Source: Thermodesulfobacteriaceae bacterium
GTDB lineage: Bacteria > Desulfobacterota > Dissulfuribacteria > Dissulfuribacterales > UBA3076
Assembly (NCBI GenBank): GCA_012961845.1
Contig: DTYO01000237.1
Location: forward strand, 1 to 36,858
Direction: 5' to 3'
DNA: 36,858 bases
Positions 9,398 to 18,494 of this stretch are shown piece by piece. The notes beneath the pieces are model-generated. The model saw only the letters and a program-made list of their open reading frames with translations, searched no databases and had not been told where the DNA came from. Position 1 is the first letter of the stretch. Each line of letters opens with the position of its first letter. A program made the position numbers and the translations under genes.

Positions 9398-10609
9398 TCA
9401 TGCCTGTGACGCTGCAGACTGACCCTTCAGTACATCTCTAAGGGCTGCAGCCAGTGCATCTATCTCTGCCTCGGTCACTATGAGAGGGGGGACCATTCGC
9501 AGCACCTTTCCATGGCTGAATATCACGAGAAACCCGGCTTCAAGGAGCCTGCCGGCAAGATTCGGCTCTTCTTCCCTAAATACCAGGGCCTGGATGAGAC
9601 CCTTGCCACGGACTTCAAGAATCCTGTCAGGGTATTCGGAAGCCAGGTACCCCAGGCGTTCTCTCAGGTAACTTCCGGTTTTCACAACACCTTCCAGAAA
9701 TCCATCTGATATCATCGTGTTTATAACCACTTCTGCCGCAGCACAGGCTACCGGATTACCCCCGAAGGTGGATGCGTGGCTTCCAGGCGGCAGATGGGCC
9801 ATCACTTCGTCCCCCGCCATCATTGCCCCTATGGGAAAGCCGTTGCCCAGGGCCTTTGCCAGACAGATCACATCCGGTATCACAGGAGTCTGCTCATAGG
9901 CGAACAGTGTACCCGCTCGCCCAATACCCACCTGAACCTCGTCAAATATGAGCAGGGCGCCAAGGCGGTCGCAGATGTTCCTGGCAGCACGCAGGAAATC
10001 GTCATCCACCAGCCTCACACCTCCTTCGCCCTGTATGGGTTCAAGGAGAATTGCAGCTGTTTCCCGGCCCGCAGCAGCCTCAAGGGCCTGTATGTCGTTG
10101 AACGGACAGTGGACAAACCCATCCGGCATGGGTTCGAATCCCTTCTGATAGACCGGCTGCCCTGTGGCAGCAACAGCTGCCAGGGTACGTCCGTGAAAAG
10201 ATCCTTCCAGGCATATGACCTCATGACATTCAGGACCGCGGGTATCGTGGCCGTAACGGCGGGCCAGCTTGATGGCCGCCTCTACAGCCTCGGCCCCTGA
10301 ATTACAGAAAAACACTCTGTCGCCAAAGGAATTCTCTGTGAGCAGCCCGGCCACCCTCTGCTGCGGCAGAGTCCAGTACAGATTGGAGACATGCACCAGC
10401 CTGCCGACCTGGTCTGCAACCGCCCTGGTGACCTCAGGATGGCAGTGGCCCAGGCTGCAGACCGCTATTCCTGCAGCAAAATCCACATATTCCCGGCCGG
10501 CATCATCCCATACCGTGCAGCCTTTTCCCTTTACCAGCGTCACCGGGAACCTGTTGTAGGTGTTGGCTACAGCAGATAATCCGGAGTCTCCTGTATTCTT
10601 TCCAGGCAT
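9398..10609 (-). CDS. argD: Acetylornithine aminotransferase (class III PLP aminotransferase)
   Basis: The sequence shows YNRFPVTLVKGKGCTVWDDAGREYVDF, FCNSGAEAVEAAIKLAR, LIFDEVQVGIGRAG and THASTFGGNP-type motifs. The gene lies inside the arg cluster. Confidence 0.9.
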   Translation of the reverse strand: MPGKNTGDSGLSAVANTYNRFPVTLVKGKGCTVWDDAGREYVDFAAGIAVCSLGHCHPEVTRAVADQVGRLVHVSNLYWTLPQQRVAGLLTENSFGDRVFFCNSGAEAVEAAIKLARRYGHDTRGPECHEVICLEGSFHGRTLAAVAATGQPVYQKGFEPMPDGFVHCPFNDIQALEAAAGRETAAILLEPIQGEGGVRLVDDDFLRAARNICDRLGALLIFDEVQVGIGRAGTLFAYEQTPVIPDVICLAKALGNGFPIGAMMAGDEVMAHLPPGSHASTFGGNPVACAAAEVVINTMISDGFLEGVVKTGSYLRERLGYLASEYPDRILEVRGKGLIQALVFREEEPNLAGRLLEAGFLVIFSHGKVLRMVPPLIVTEAEIDALAAALRDVLKGQSAASQA

Positions 10610-10614
10610 GTTTA

Positions 10615-11565
10615 TCAGTCCGTTATTATTTCAGTGCCTACTCCCGAGTCTGTAAAGAGTTCAAGCAGTATGGCATGCTCTCGCCTGCCGTCTATAATGT
10701 GGGCCTTGACAGTCCCACTGTTGAGAGCCTTGAGGCAGGCCTTGAGCTTGGGAATCATCCCTCCGAAGGCCGTTCCAGCATCTATGGCCGCCCTGACATC
10801 TCCGGCTGTCATGGAATGAATCAGTTCCAGGTCCCCTTCTTCTGCCTTCTTTTGGACCTGGCTCTTGGAATCCCTGCCGTCAGCTTCACCTGTATCCGAA
10901 GCAGCCCTCATGACCCCTGGGACATCTGTGAGCAGAATCAGCTTTTCAGCTGCGAGCTCTCCTGCTACAGCACCTGCCACGAGATCAGCATTGATGTTGT
11001 AGGCAGCACCTTCAGGCCCCACCCCTACAGGAGCAATCACCGGCACGAACCCGGCATCTTCCAGAGCAAGAAGCACGTCTGCATTCACCTCCGCCACCTT
11101 CCCCACCCGGCCTATGTCGATGATCTCAGGCGGCCGCTCATCACCGGAATACCGATATATCTTCATGCGCTCCGCCCGTATGAGATCGCCGTCCCTGCCC
11201 GAGAGACCCACAGCCCTGCCCCCGTTGCGGTTTAAAAGGCCAACGATTTCCTTGTTCACGGTCCCGACAAGCACCATCTCCACTACGTTCATGGTTTCCT
11301 CGTCGGTTACACGCTGGCCCTCCACGAACGTGGAACGGATCCCCATCCTCTCCATTATCTGGCTGATCTGCGGACCACCTCCGTGGACGATTACCGGCCT
11401 GATCCCTACGTACTTCATCAGTATGATGTCCAGCACGAACTGCTTCTTGAGAAATTCATCCACCATGGCATGGCCGCCGTACTTTATGACTATGGTCTTC
11501 CCTGCAAACTGCCGTATATACGGAAGTGCCTCTGCAAGTACATGCGCCCTGGATATATTCTCCAT
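10615..11565 (-). CDS. argB: Acetylglutamate kinase
   Basis: The sequence shows ALPYIRQFAGKTIVIKYGGHAM, VIVHGGGPQI, YNINAD and GGMIPKL. It carries a charged insertion of about 20 aa relative to typical ArgB (see findings). Confidence 0.9.
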   Translation of the reverse strand: MENISRAHVLAEALPYIRQFAGKTIVIKYGGHAMVDEFLKKQFVLDIILMKYVGIRPVIVHGGGPQISQIMERMGIRSTFVEGQRVTDEETMNVVEMVLVGTVNKEIVGLLNRNGGRAVGLSGRDGDLIRAERMKIYRYSGDERPPEIIDIGRVGKVAEVNADVLLALEDAGFVPVIAPVGVGPEGAAYNINADLVAGAVAGELAAEKLILLTDVPGVMRAASDTGEADGRDSKSQVQKKAEEGDLELIHSMTAGDVRAAIDAGTAFGGMIPKLKACLKALNSGTVKAHIIDGRREHAILLELFTDSGVGTEIITD

Positions 11566-11657
11566 GTTTTATCCCGCAAGATTCATGACACACCGGTCTG
11601 ACTCTGCAATGGAGAAAACACCGATGTATTCTCGAACCGCCCTGTTTTCCTGAGTGA

Positions 11658-12998
11658 TTACAGAATAAATCTGCTCAGATCTTCATCCTTTACTATGTCC
11701 TTGAGTCTCTCCTGAACATATTCTGCAGTCACGGCTATCTGCTTCGGAGCCACGTCCGGAGCCTCAAAGGAGATCTCCTCCACCAGCTTCTCCATTACGG
11801 TATGGAGACGCCTTGCGCCAATATTTTCCGTTCTTTCGTTTACCTCATAAGAAATCCTGGCCAGTTCCTCTATGGCTTCAGCCTCGAACACCAGTTCTAT
11901 ATCCTCGGTGGCCAGAAGCGCCCTGTACTGGGTAACCAGAGCATTCTCAGGTTCGGTGAGTATCCTGGAGAAATCATCCTCTGTGAGAGGATTAAGTTCC
12001 ACCCTGATGGGAAATCTGCCCTGAAGTTCAGGCAGCAGATCCGACGGTTTGGAAACATGAAATGCGCCACTGGCTATGAACAGAATGTGATCAGTGCGCA
12101 CTATGCCATATTTCGTGTGAACAGATGTCCCTTCGACAATGGGTAGCAGATCCCTCTGGACCCCTTCCCTTGAGACATCGGGCCCGCCGGATCCGGAACT
12201 CTTTGCAGCTACCTTGTCTATTTCATCCAGAAATATTATTCCGGTCTGTTCAAGCCTGGCAACCGCCTTTTCTATGACCTTGTCCATGTCGATGAGTTTG
12301 CCTACCGCCTCCTGCTCCAGTATCTTTCCGGCCTCCGACACGGTAACCCTGCGCCGCTTGCGCTTGGAAGGGAAGACATTGGAGAGCATGTCCTGCAGAT
12401 TACTCTGCATCTCCTCCATGCCTGCAGCCGCAAAGATCTCCACCATCGGCCCCCCGCCTCTCTGGGAAACCTCCAGCTCCACGTACCTGTCGTTCAGCTT
12501 CCCTTCCCTAAGCATCTGCCTGAATCTTTCCCTGGTGGTGCTCTTTTCCTCCTCCAGCTCGCCCATTCGCTGGGGCAGAAGGAGGTCGAGAAGTCTTTCT
12601 TCGGCCAGTTCCCGCGCCTTCACCTCTACCTTCTGTCTCTCTTCGGACTTGACCATGTCCACAGACAGATGGGTGAGATCTCTTATCATTGACTCCACGT
12701 CCCTGCCCACATATCCCACTTCGGTAAACTTGCTGGCCTCTATCTTGAGAAAGGGAGATCTCGCAAGCCTGGCAAGCCTTCTTGCTATCTCTGTCTTACC
12801 CACACCTGTAGGTCCGATCATGATGATATTCTTGGGCGCTATCTCGTCTCTCAGGGCCTCCGGCACCTGCTGTCTTCTCCAGCGGTTGCGGAGAGCGATG
12901 GCCACGGAACGTTTGGCCTGTGACTGACCTATGACATATTTATCCAGTTCAGCAACTATTTCTCTGGGGGTTAACTGTTTAACATCTGGTAAATGCAC
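11658..12998 (-). CDS. hslU: ATP-dependent protease ATPase subunit HslU
   Basis: The sequence shows [34 protein letters not shown], a [15 protein letters not shown] Walker A motif and IIFLDEIDK. Confidence 0.95.
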   Translation of the reverse strand: MHLPDVKQLTPREIVAELDKYVIGQSQAKRSVAIALRNRWRRQQVPEALRDEIAPKNIIMIGPTGVGKTEIARRLARLARSPFLKIEASKFTEVGYVGRDVESMIRDLTHLSVDMVKSEERQKVEVKARELAEERLLDLLLPQRMGELEEEKSTTRERFRQMLREGKLNDRYVELEVSQRGGGPMVEIFAAAGMEEMQSNLQDMLSNVFPSKRKRRRVTVSEAGKILEQEAVGKLIDMDKVIEKAVARLEQTGIIFLDEIDKVAAKSSGSGGPDVSREGVQRDLLPIVEGTSVHTKYGIVRTDHILFIASGAFHVSKPSDLLPELQGRFPIRVELNPLTEDDFSRILTEPENALVTQYRALLATEDIELVFEAEAIEELARISYEVNERTENIGARRLHTVMEKLVEEISFEAPDVAPKQIAVTAEYVQERLKDIVKDEDLSRFIL

Positions 12999-13009
12999 TA
13001 TAACCTCTG

Positions 13010-13570
13010 TTATTTTCTGTCTGTATCCAATGTCTCTACAGCAATATTGTCGTTTGTGTAAATGCAGATGGAAGCCGCTATTCTGAGCGATTCTTCTGCT
13101 ATTTCTCTGGCTGAAAGAGAACTGTGTGCCACAAGCCCCCTGGCTGCGGAAAGCGCATAGGGTCCCCCGGAACCTATGGCCAGGATCCCGTCATCCGGCT
13201 CTATTACATCTCCAGAGCCGGAGATCAGCAGGGATTTATCCCTGTCCGCCGCGATCAGAAGGGCCTCCAGTCTCCTCAGGATCTTATCCGTGCGCCATTC
13301 CTTGGCAAGCTCTACAGCGGAACGGACCAGATTACCCTTGTATTCTTCAAGCTTGTGCTCCAGCTTTTCGAACAGGGTAAACGCATCGGCCGTGGCCCCG
13401 GCAAAGCCGGTCAGCACGTTTCCGTCATGGAGTTTTCTTATCTTTACAGCCCTGTGCTTGATCACCGTATTGCTGAGTGTCACCTGACCGTCCCCGGCAA
13501 ACACCACTTCGCCCATGTGTCTGATCGCCAGCACCGTCGTAGCATGAAAATTATCTCTGGTCATTGTCAT
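13010..13570 (-). CDS. hslV: ATP-dependent protease subunit HslV
   Basis: The sequence shows [11 protein letters not shown]...[11 protein letters not shown]...[17 protein letters not shown]...GSGGPYA. A short N-terminal propeptide precedes the catalytic Thr. Confidence 0.95.
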   Translation of the reverse strand: MTMTRDNFHATTVLAIRHMGEVVFAGDGQVTLSNTVIKHRAVKIRKLHDGNVLTGFAGATADAFTLFEKLEHKLEEYKGNLVRSAVELAKEWRTDKILRRLEALLIAADRDKSLLISGSGDVIEPDDGILAIGSGGPYALSAARGLVAHSSLSAREIAEESLRIAASICIYTNDNIAVETLDTDRK

Positions 13571-13582
13571 CGGCCTTCCCTG

Positions 13583-14512
13583 TCAACCGTCCTCGCCCTC
13601 TTCATTATCTGTGCTGCTACGGCCCTGGGCCCTGGGATGAGCCCTGTCGTACACCTCGGCCAGACGGCTGTAATCCAGGTGCGTGTACTGCTGAGTTGTA
13701 GCCAGGCTTGCATGGCCCAGTATTTCCTGAATGCCTCTGAGATCCGCACCTGATTCCAGCAGGTGGGTCGCCATGGAATGGCGAAATGTATGAGGGGTCA
13801 CAGGGCATGTCATCCCTGTTTCCATTCTCCTGGCCGCCACTATCCTCTGTACACTTCTCGGGCTGAGCCTAGTGGCCCGGTTATTGATGAAAAGGGCCTG
13901 CTCTTCAGGCCTGCGGCGTCTTTCCAACATGGCGCCCCTCACAGACAGCCATGCACCAAGCGAATCGGCCGCCTTCCTGCCGTAGGGTACTATCCTCTCC
14001 CTACCACCCTTTCCCTTCACCTTTATCATTTCAGGCGACATGCTCACATCCGGGACATCCAGCCCTGTAAGCTCGCCTACCCTGATCCCGGCGCTATAGA
14101 GGAGCTCCAGTATCGCCCTGTTACGCACTTCCACAAAACCGCTGGCCGCCCGTATTTCCACCATGGCAAAGGCTTCATCCACCGACATGCACTGCGGCAG
14201 TGTTTTCTCCTTCCTCGGGGATCTTATATGGTCAACAGGATTGCCGGACACCATTCCCCGCACCAGCAGAAACCTGAAAAAGCTGGCCACAGAAGCCTTC
14301 TTTCTCGAAATGGTGCTGCTGCCCGCCCCGTTTTTCCGGAGAAAAGCCAGCCATGACCGAACATCCCTGGAGGAAACAGACGCCGCGTCTCTGTGTGCCC
14401 CTATAAAGCTGAAGAATTTTTCAAGATCCCTTCCGTATGCCTTGATGGTGTTCGGGGAAGCATTTTTCTCCGCCATCAGGAACACCATGAAGGCCTGGAT
14501 TTCACGATTCAT
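13583..14512 (-). CDS. xerC: Tyrosine recombinase XerC/XerD family
   Basis: An N-terminal SAM-like domain (SPNTIKAYGRDL) is followed by the catalytic HTFRHSMATHLLESGADLRGIQEILGHASLATTQQYTHL. The position upstream of hslVU matches the known xerC(codV)-hslV-hslU arrangement. Confidence 0.85.
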   Translation of the reverse strand: MNREIQAFMVFLMAEKNASPNTIKAYGRDLEKFFSFIGAHRDAASVSSRDVRSWLAFLRKNGAGSSTISRKKASVASFFRFLLVRGMVSGNPVDHIRSPRKEKTLPQCMSVDEAFAMVEIRAASGFVEVRNRAILELLYSAGIRVGELTGLDVPDVSMSPEMIKVKGKGGRERIVPYGRKAADSLGAWLSVRGAMLERRRRPEEQALFINNRATRLSPRSVQRIVAARRMETGMTCPVTPHTFRHSMATHLLESGADLRGIQEILGHASLATTQQYTHLDYSRLAEVYDRAHPRAQGRSSTDNEEGEDG

Positions 14513-14560
14513 CAGCCACCACCGTCCCTTTCAAAGACAGTCAGATAAAGTAAACCTGCA

Positions 14561-14588
14561 TATATAACATACCATGTTCATAATTCAA
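14561..14588 (-). promoter_or_regulatory. Putative sigma70-type promoter for xerC
   Basis: On the minus strand the sequence reads TTGAAT, a 16-nt spacer, then TATATA, about 50 nt upstream of the xerC ATG. This is a motif match only. Confidence 0.35.
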
Positions 14589-14945
14589 TCATGTTTTGCT
14601 GGCTCAGGTCACATGATACATCAGAGCCTGACAGGTTCTCACAGTACATTCAGACTCAAGCAGGAAGGAAAAACAACAGGGGGAGGAACAAGAAAACTGA
14701 CTGGACAGACCGCTTAGAAAAGGATGTCACCCGTACCTCCGGCAGCGACAGAGAGACCGGGAATCCATGGGGATGAAAAGCCTGACCGAAAAGGAACGGC
14801 TGTGGATGTGTGCCTGTCCAAAAAACGGGATTATCGCTGGAGATCAGGAAATCCGAAGACACAGGTCCGGGCATCTATTATTATTTGTCGATATAATCAA
14901 CAATATCGGACCTGCAGACATACGGGGACAGGCACAGCCTAAAGC

Positions 14946-15512
14946 TCAGGAGGTTTTCATTACGTCCCTGCCTCTCAGGAGGATACAGACTGTTGCCGAC
15001 ATCACCGCCATTCCTGCCACGAACCACCATACCGAGAGACTGGTGATTTCAGGAATGGTGATCTTTCCATAACTCCCTATGGAAAGAATAGTCTTCTTCA
15101 TCCACGGATAGACTTCCGCATAGACGGCAGCCCCTGCCAGCATGCCCAAAACCCCCGGAACCGCATGCCTTGATCCGTCCCCCAAGGCAGCCACGCCGGT
15201 ACCGGGACAATATCCCAGGACCGCCATGCCTATGCCGAAGATTACACCTCCGACTGCATTTGCCAGCAGGTGAGCTGACTTGATGTGAAGAGGCACGTCC
15301 CACATTTGATGCAATGCCCACACACCTGCTGAGCCCACTGCCACAGCTGTCAGCATGGTCCTCAGCACTGTATGATCGGCCCACAGGAACTGCCCTACGA
15401 TAACCCTGAATCTTGTAAGTCCACCCTTTTGAAGCAGAAAACCAAAAACAATACCGGTGCAGAGACCCATGACCAGCTTCACCGGTGGAGCAAAATTGAA
15501 CAGTTCAAACAT
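14946..15512 (-). CDS. YeeE/YedE family (sulphur transport domain, DUF395) membrane protein, C-terminal-half type
   Basis: The protein is polytopic and glycine-rich (GIGMAVLGYCPGTG). ATG 15512 is preceded by a GGAGGG 8 nt upstream and lies 2 nt after the stop of the upstream half-gene. Confidence 0.7.
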   Translation of the reverse strand: MFELFNFAPPVKLVMGLCTGIVFGFLLQKGGLTRFRVIVGQFLWADHTVLRTMLTAVAVGSAGVWALHQMWDVPLHIKSAHLLANAVGGVIFGIGMAVLGYCPGTGVAALGDGSRHAVPGVLGMLAGAAVYAEVYPWMKKTILSIGSYGKITIPEITSLSVWWFVAGMAVMSATVCILLRGRDVMKTS

Positions 15513-16080
15513 GATGCCGTCCCTCCTTTCCATAGATTAGAAATGCCGTAATCAGACCCGCCACAAAAAAAGCGGCAAAAAACACCCAACTGCTGACTGC
15601 AAACTGCAATCCGCCGCTTATTCCGTGTCCGGAGGTACACCCCCCGGCCAGACGCGCGCCGAAAAGCACCAGCCCTCCCCCGACGAAAGCACCGGCATAT
15701 CTACCGAAAACACTGGGGCCGAAACGCCATTTCCATAGGTCGGGGACCTTTTCCACCTGGCTGGTATTGCCGTGCATAGCAGAAATAAAGGCTCCTATTA
15801 CAAGTCCGATCACCAGCATCATCTGCCACTCGATGCCGGGCTTGCTCACAATATATTTCGCAAAATATGGATTGTTCATGACGTGCTCCAGATCGAACAC
15901 GGATTCCACAAGACCTGCCAGGCGCACCATGGTGGTACTGGTACCCAAGGCCTTATCCATCAAGCCGAAAGTAATCCAGCTGAGTACACCTATCCCCGCA
16001 CCAACCACATAGGGTGACCATCTGCCCTTGGACGACGTATTTCCCCGTCCGATTTTTCTACTCTTCTCCGACATCATCAT
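15505..16080 (-). CDS. YeeE/YedE family (sulphur transport domain) membrane protein, N-terminal-half type
   Basis: The conserved LAGGCTSGHG motif is present in a polytopic membrane protein. The gene lies directly downstream of the ArsR-family gene. Confidence 0.7.
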   Translation of the reverse strand: MMMSEKSRKIGRGNTSSKGRWSPYVVGAGIGVLSWITFGLMDKALGTSTTMVRLAGLVESVFDLEHVMNNPYFAKYIVSKPGIEWQMMLVIGLVIGAFISAMHGNTSQVEKVPDLWKWRFGPSVFGRYAGAFVGGGLVLFGARLAGGCTSGHGISGGLQFAVSSWVFFAAFFVAGLITAFLIYGKEGRHHV

Positions 16081-16092
16081 ATCTCCTTACAT

Positions 16093-16419
16093 TCATTTTT
16101 TCCGGTCCTGTCGCCTCCTGCCGTCTCCATGGCGCTTCAGACAATCTATAAGATTGCTGGCGTTTACATTAACCACCCGGTAATAAACCTTCCTGTCGGT
16201 TCGCTTTCCCGCCACGATGTCGTGTGCCGCCATGCGGTTCAAATGCTGGCTGACAGCCGCAGGAGACGCGCTGATTTTCTCAGCGAGTTCACCTACCGAG
16301 AATTCTCCCTGCATGAGCAGCTCCACGATCCTGATCCTCACCGGATGCGCAAGCACTTTCAGCACTCTGGAAGCAGTTCCCAAGACTTCATCTGGTATCA
16401 GTTCTGGTTTTTCAGGCAT
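16093..16419 (-). CDS. ArsR/SmtB family transcriptional regulator
   Basis: The sequence LKVLAHPVRIRIVELLMQGEFSVGELAEKISASPAAVSQHLNRM forms a winged helix-turn-helix. Confidence 0.85.
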   Translation of the reverse strand: MPEKPELIPDEVLGTASRVLKVLAHPVRIRIVELLMQGEFSVGELAEKISASPAAVSQHLNRMAAHDIVAGKRTDRKVYYRVVNVNASNLIDCLKRHGDGRRRQDRKK

Positions 16420-16462
16420 GGCTGTAGACCGAAAGGCAACACGAGAAACATATTCATATATT

Positions 16463-16490
16463 ACTATATCATGATATCATGATATGTCAA
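16463..16490 (-). promoter_or_regulatory. Near-consensus sigma70 promoter (TTGACA, 16-nt spacer, TATAGT) whose spacer is a perfect 20-nt palindrome; probable ArsR-family operator
   Basis: The minus strand has TTGACA at 16490-16485 and TATAGT at 16468-16463. The sequence ATATCATGATATCATGATAT at 16466-16485 is its own reverse complement. The element lies 47-66 nt upstream of the arsR-like ATG at 16419. Confidence 0.6.
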
Positions 16491-16626
16491 TATGTCGTCT
16501 CATACCCTTTTCCAGTGCCTGTAGCGGCATTGCACTCAACTCCATTTCTGTTGTACATTCAGGAAGTCCAGATGTGACCGATCGGAAACTGCCTGATGAT
16601 AAGGTCATGTATTTGCAGTATCCATA

Positions 16627-17253
16627 TTGCGGAGGAACAGATTGCTGCTGGAAATAGACCCGGAACGGCCCAGGCCTAGACAGATTCAGAAAGTAGTTGA
16701 AGCCCTGAAAAGGGGAAAAGTAATCGTCTATCCCACAGATACCTGTTACGGGATCGGTGCTGACATCTTCAACAAAAAGGCGATAGGAAAGATATATAGA
16801 ATAAAAGACCGCCCCAAACAGACTCCGTTCAGTTTTGTCTGTGCCGGCCTGCGAGACATCAGCAGGTACGCCCACATCAGCAATTATGCCTATCGCATCC
16901 TACGCCGCTTTCTGCCCGGACCCTATACTTTCATACTGGAGGGCTCCAGACAGGTACCAAAGATGATGCTCACCAGGCGCAGAACCGCCGGGATCAGGAT
17001 CCCCGACCACCCCGTATGCGAGGCCATAGCCGCTGCTCTGGGGAATCCTATTATCAGCACGTCTGTCAGGGTTGGAAAAGAACCTGTCATATCAGACCCC
17101 AGAGAGATGGCCGAAGTCCTCGGCAGAAGGATTTCGGTGACAGTGGATTGCGGAATCATACCGGCAGAACCCTCCAGTGTCGTTTCACTGGTAAACAATG
17201 AACCCGTAATATTGAGAAGAGGAAAAGGAGATGTGACGTTTTTTGAGCTTTGA
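16627..17253 (+). CDS. tsaC: L-threonylcarbamoyladenylate synthase (TsaC/YrdC/Sua5 family)
   Basis: The sequence shows IVYPTDTCYGIGAD, IYRIKDRPKQTPFSFV, LPGPYTFIL and GIRIPDHPV. The start may instead be TTG 16642, which sits 6 nt after the GGAGG at 16631-16635. Confidence 0.85.
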   Translation: MRRNRLLLEIDPERPRPRQIQKVVEALKRGKVIVYPTDTCYGIGADIFNKKAIGKIYRIKDRPKQTPFSFVCAGLRDISRYAHISNYAYRILRRFLPGPYTFILEGSRQVPKMMLTRRRTAGIRIPDHPVCEAIAAALGNPIISTSVRVGKEPVISDPREMAEVLGRRISVTVDCGIIPAEPSSVVSLVNNEPVILRRGKGDVTFFEL

Positions 17254-17275
17254 ACCTCTATTCGGGCTAGAGGTT
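17253..17275. terminator. Hairpin spanning the convergent stop codons of tsaC and ihfB
   Basis: AACCTCT (17253-17259) pairs with AGAGGTT (17269-17275) around a 9-nt loop. No U-tract follows on either strand, so terminator function is uncertain. Confidence 0.3.
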
Positions 17276-17542
17276 TGCAAGATCCTTCCCGGGCCTGAAA
17301 ACAATCCTGAAATTGGGCGGACAGGTGGACCGGACCCCTGTTCGCGGATTGACGAATTCCCTGCCCTTCTGTCTGTGTATGGAAAAACTGCCGAGCCCTC
17401 TGATCTCTATGCGTCTCTTTTCCCGTAAAGCATCTGTCATGGTATCAAAAATGACATCAGCCACCGCCTCCAGATCCTGCTTGAAATGTTGCGGGAACTG
17501 TTGATGAACCATTGAAACCAGATCTCGCTTGAGCATATTCAA
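17267..17542 (-). CDS. ihfB: Integration host factor beta subunit / HU family DNA-binding protein
   Basis: RIEIRGLGSFSIHRQKGREFVNPRTGVRS...RIVFRPGKDL matches the IhfB arm region. The position downstream of rpsA is the same as in E. coli. The start is either TTG 17542 or ATG 17536; a GAGGAG lies upstream. Confidence 0.8.
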   Translation of the reverse strand: MNMLKRDLVSMVHQQFPQHFKQDLEAVADVIFDTMTDALREKRRIEIRGLGSFSIHRQKGREFVNPRTGVRSTCPPNFRIVFRPGKDLANL

Positions 17543-17551
17543 AAGTGCTCC

Positions 17552-18469
17552 TCAATATACCAGCTCGTCCCCTGGAGCAGCAGCAACCTGCCGGAAGAAC
17601 CGCACCATTGCATTTGCGCTGCCCTCCTCTAGGAATTTCCTGAGCATAGTAAACCGGTCTTCCCGCGGATACACCAGCACCGGCCTGCCCTGGACACCTG
17701 CAAGCGATGCGGCACGTTCAACAGCGGTACTGAAATTTCCAAGTTCGTCTACCAGCCCCAAATCAAGGGCTTGGCGTCCTGATATAATCCTGCCGTCAGC
17801 AACCGGTATGACCTTGTCCTCAGAAATCTTCCGGCTTGACGCCACATCGGCTACAAACTGGCCCTGGATATCATTCATGATCCCCTCGACCACATCTCTT
17901 TCCTCCGGAGTCATCTCCCTAGTGACAGATCCGAGGTCCTTGAGGGCGCCGCTCTTGATCACAGTTGTTCTTATGCCGAGTTTCTCTAGCAGCGGCCCTA
18001 TGTTCGGTATCTTCATTATGACACCTATGCTCCCGGTGACAGTGCCGGGATTGGCCACTATTCGCCGCGCACCGAGGGATGCGTAATATCCTCCTGAAGC
18101 AGCCACCGAACCAAACGACGCTACCACGGGCTTCCTGGAATCAAGCCGCCGGATTTCCTGAAAAATTTCCTGGGACGCGCCAACTGCCCCTCCAGGGCTG
18201 TTAATCCTGACCACCACCGCACTTACATCCTGGTCTTCACCAAAGCCCCTCAAATCCTTAAGTATTTTTTCAGGATCGGCTATGACACCCTTGATCTCGA
18301 CCACTCCAATTTTTTCTCCTCCGCCCGACACCGGAGGAACAGGCGAGATTCCCCTGGATATCCAGAACACCAGGATGAAAAAAGCCACCGCAGAAAGGAC
18401 GGCAAGCCCTCCTATGGTGGCAAAAACGATCAGGAACGAACTGGATGCCCGGCGTTGTTCTTCTGCCAT
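17552..18469 (-). CDS. sppA: Signal peptide peptidase SppA (36K type)
   Basis: An N-terminal transmembrane helix is followed by VVRINSPGGAVGASQEI and ASGGYYAS (catalytic Ser region) in a ClpP/crotonase-like fold. Confidence 0.85.
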   Translation of the reverse strand: MAEEQRRASSSFLIVFATIGGLAVLSAVAFFILVFWISRGISPVPPVSGGGEKIGVVEIKGVIADPEKILKDLRGFGEDQDVSAVVVRINSPGGAVGASQEIFQEIRRLDSRKPVVASFGSVAASGGYYASLGARRIVANPGTVTGSIGVIMKIPNIGPLLEKLGIRTTVIKSGALKDLGSVTREMTPEERDVVEGIMNDIQGQFVADVASSRKISEDKVIPVADGRIISGRQALDLGLVDELGNFSTAVERAASLAGVQGRPVLVYPREDRFTMLRKFLEEGSANAMVRFFRQVAAAPGDELVY

Positions 18470-18494
18470 GTCAGTCTCCGTCCCTCAATCAGGT

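Noticed and set aside
10130-10142. A T-loop-like GGGTTCGAATCCC string suggestive of a tRNA.
   Set aside because: It lies inside the argD coding sequence. No acceptor, D or anticodon stems can be drawn around it.
13541-13570. An N-terminal extension of 10 aa before the catalytic Thr of HslV, considered as a possible mis-start or novelty.
   Set aside because: No alternative start exists next to the TT dipeptide. A short FHATT-type propeptide also occurs in other HslV/CodW proteins, so this is normal.
14600-14680. SRP-RNA-like strings (TCAGGTC ... GCAGGAAGGAA) in the yeeE-xerC spacer.
   Set aside because: The conserved 4.5S core (GGUCCGGAAGGAAGCAGCC) is not present, and the flanks do not form the required long helix.
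16477-16875. The 132-aa minus-strand ORF overlapping the arsR/tsaC intergenic region and the start of tsaC.
   Set aside because: It is antisense to the clearly conserved TsaC N-terminus. It has no RBS and an implausible composition.
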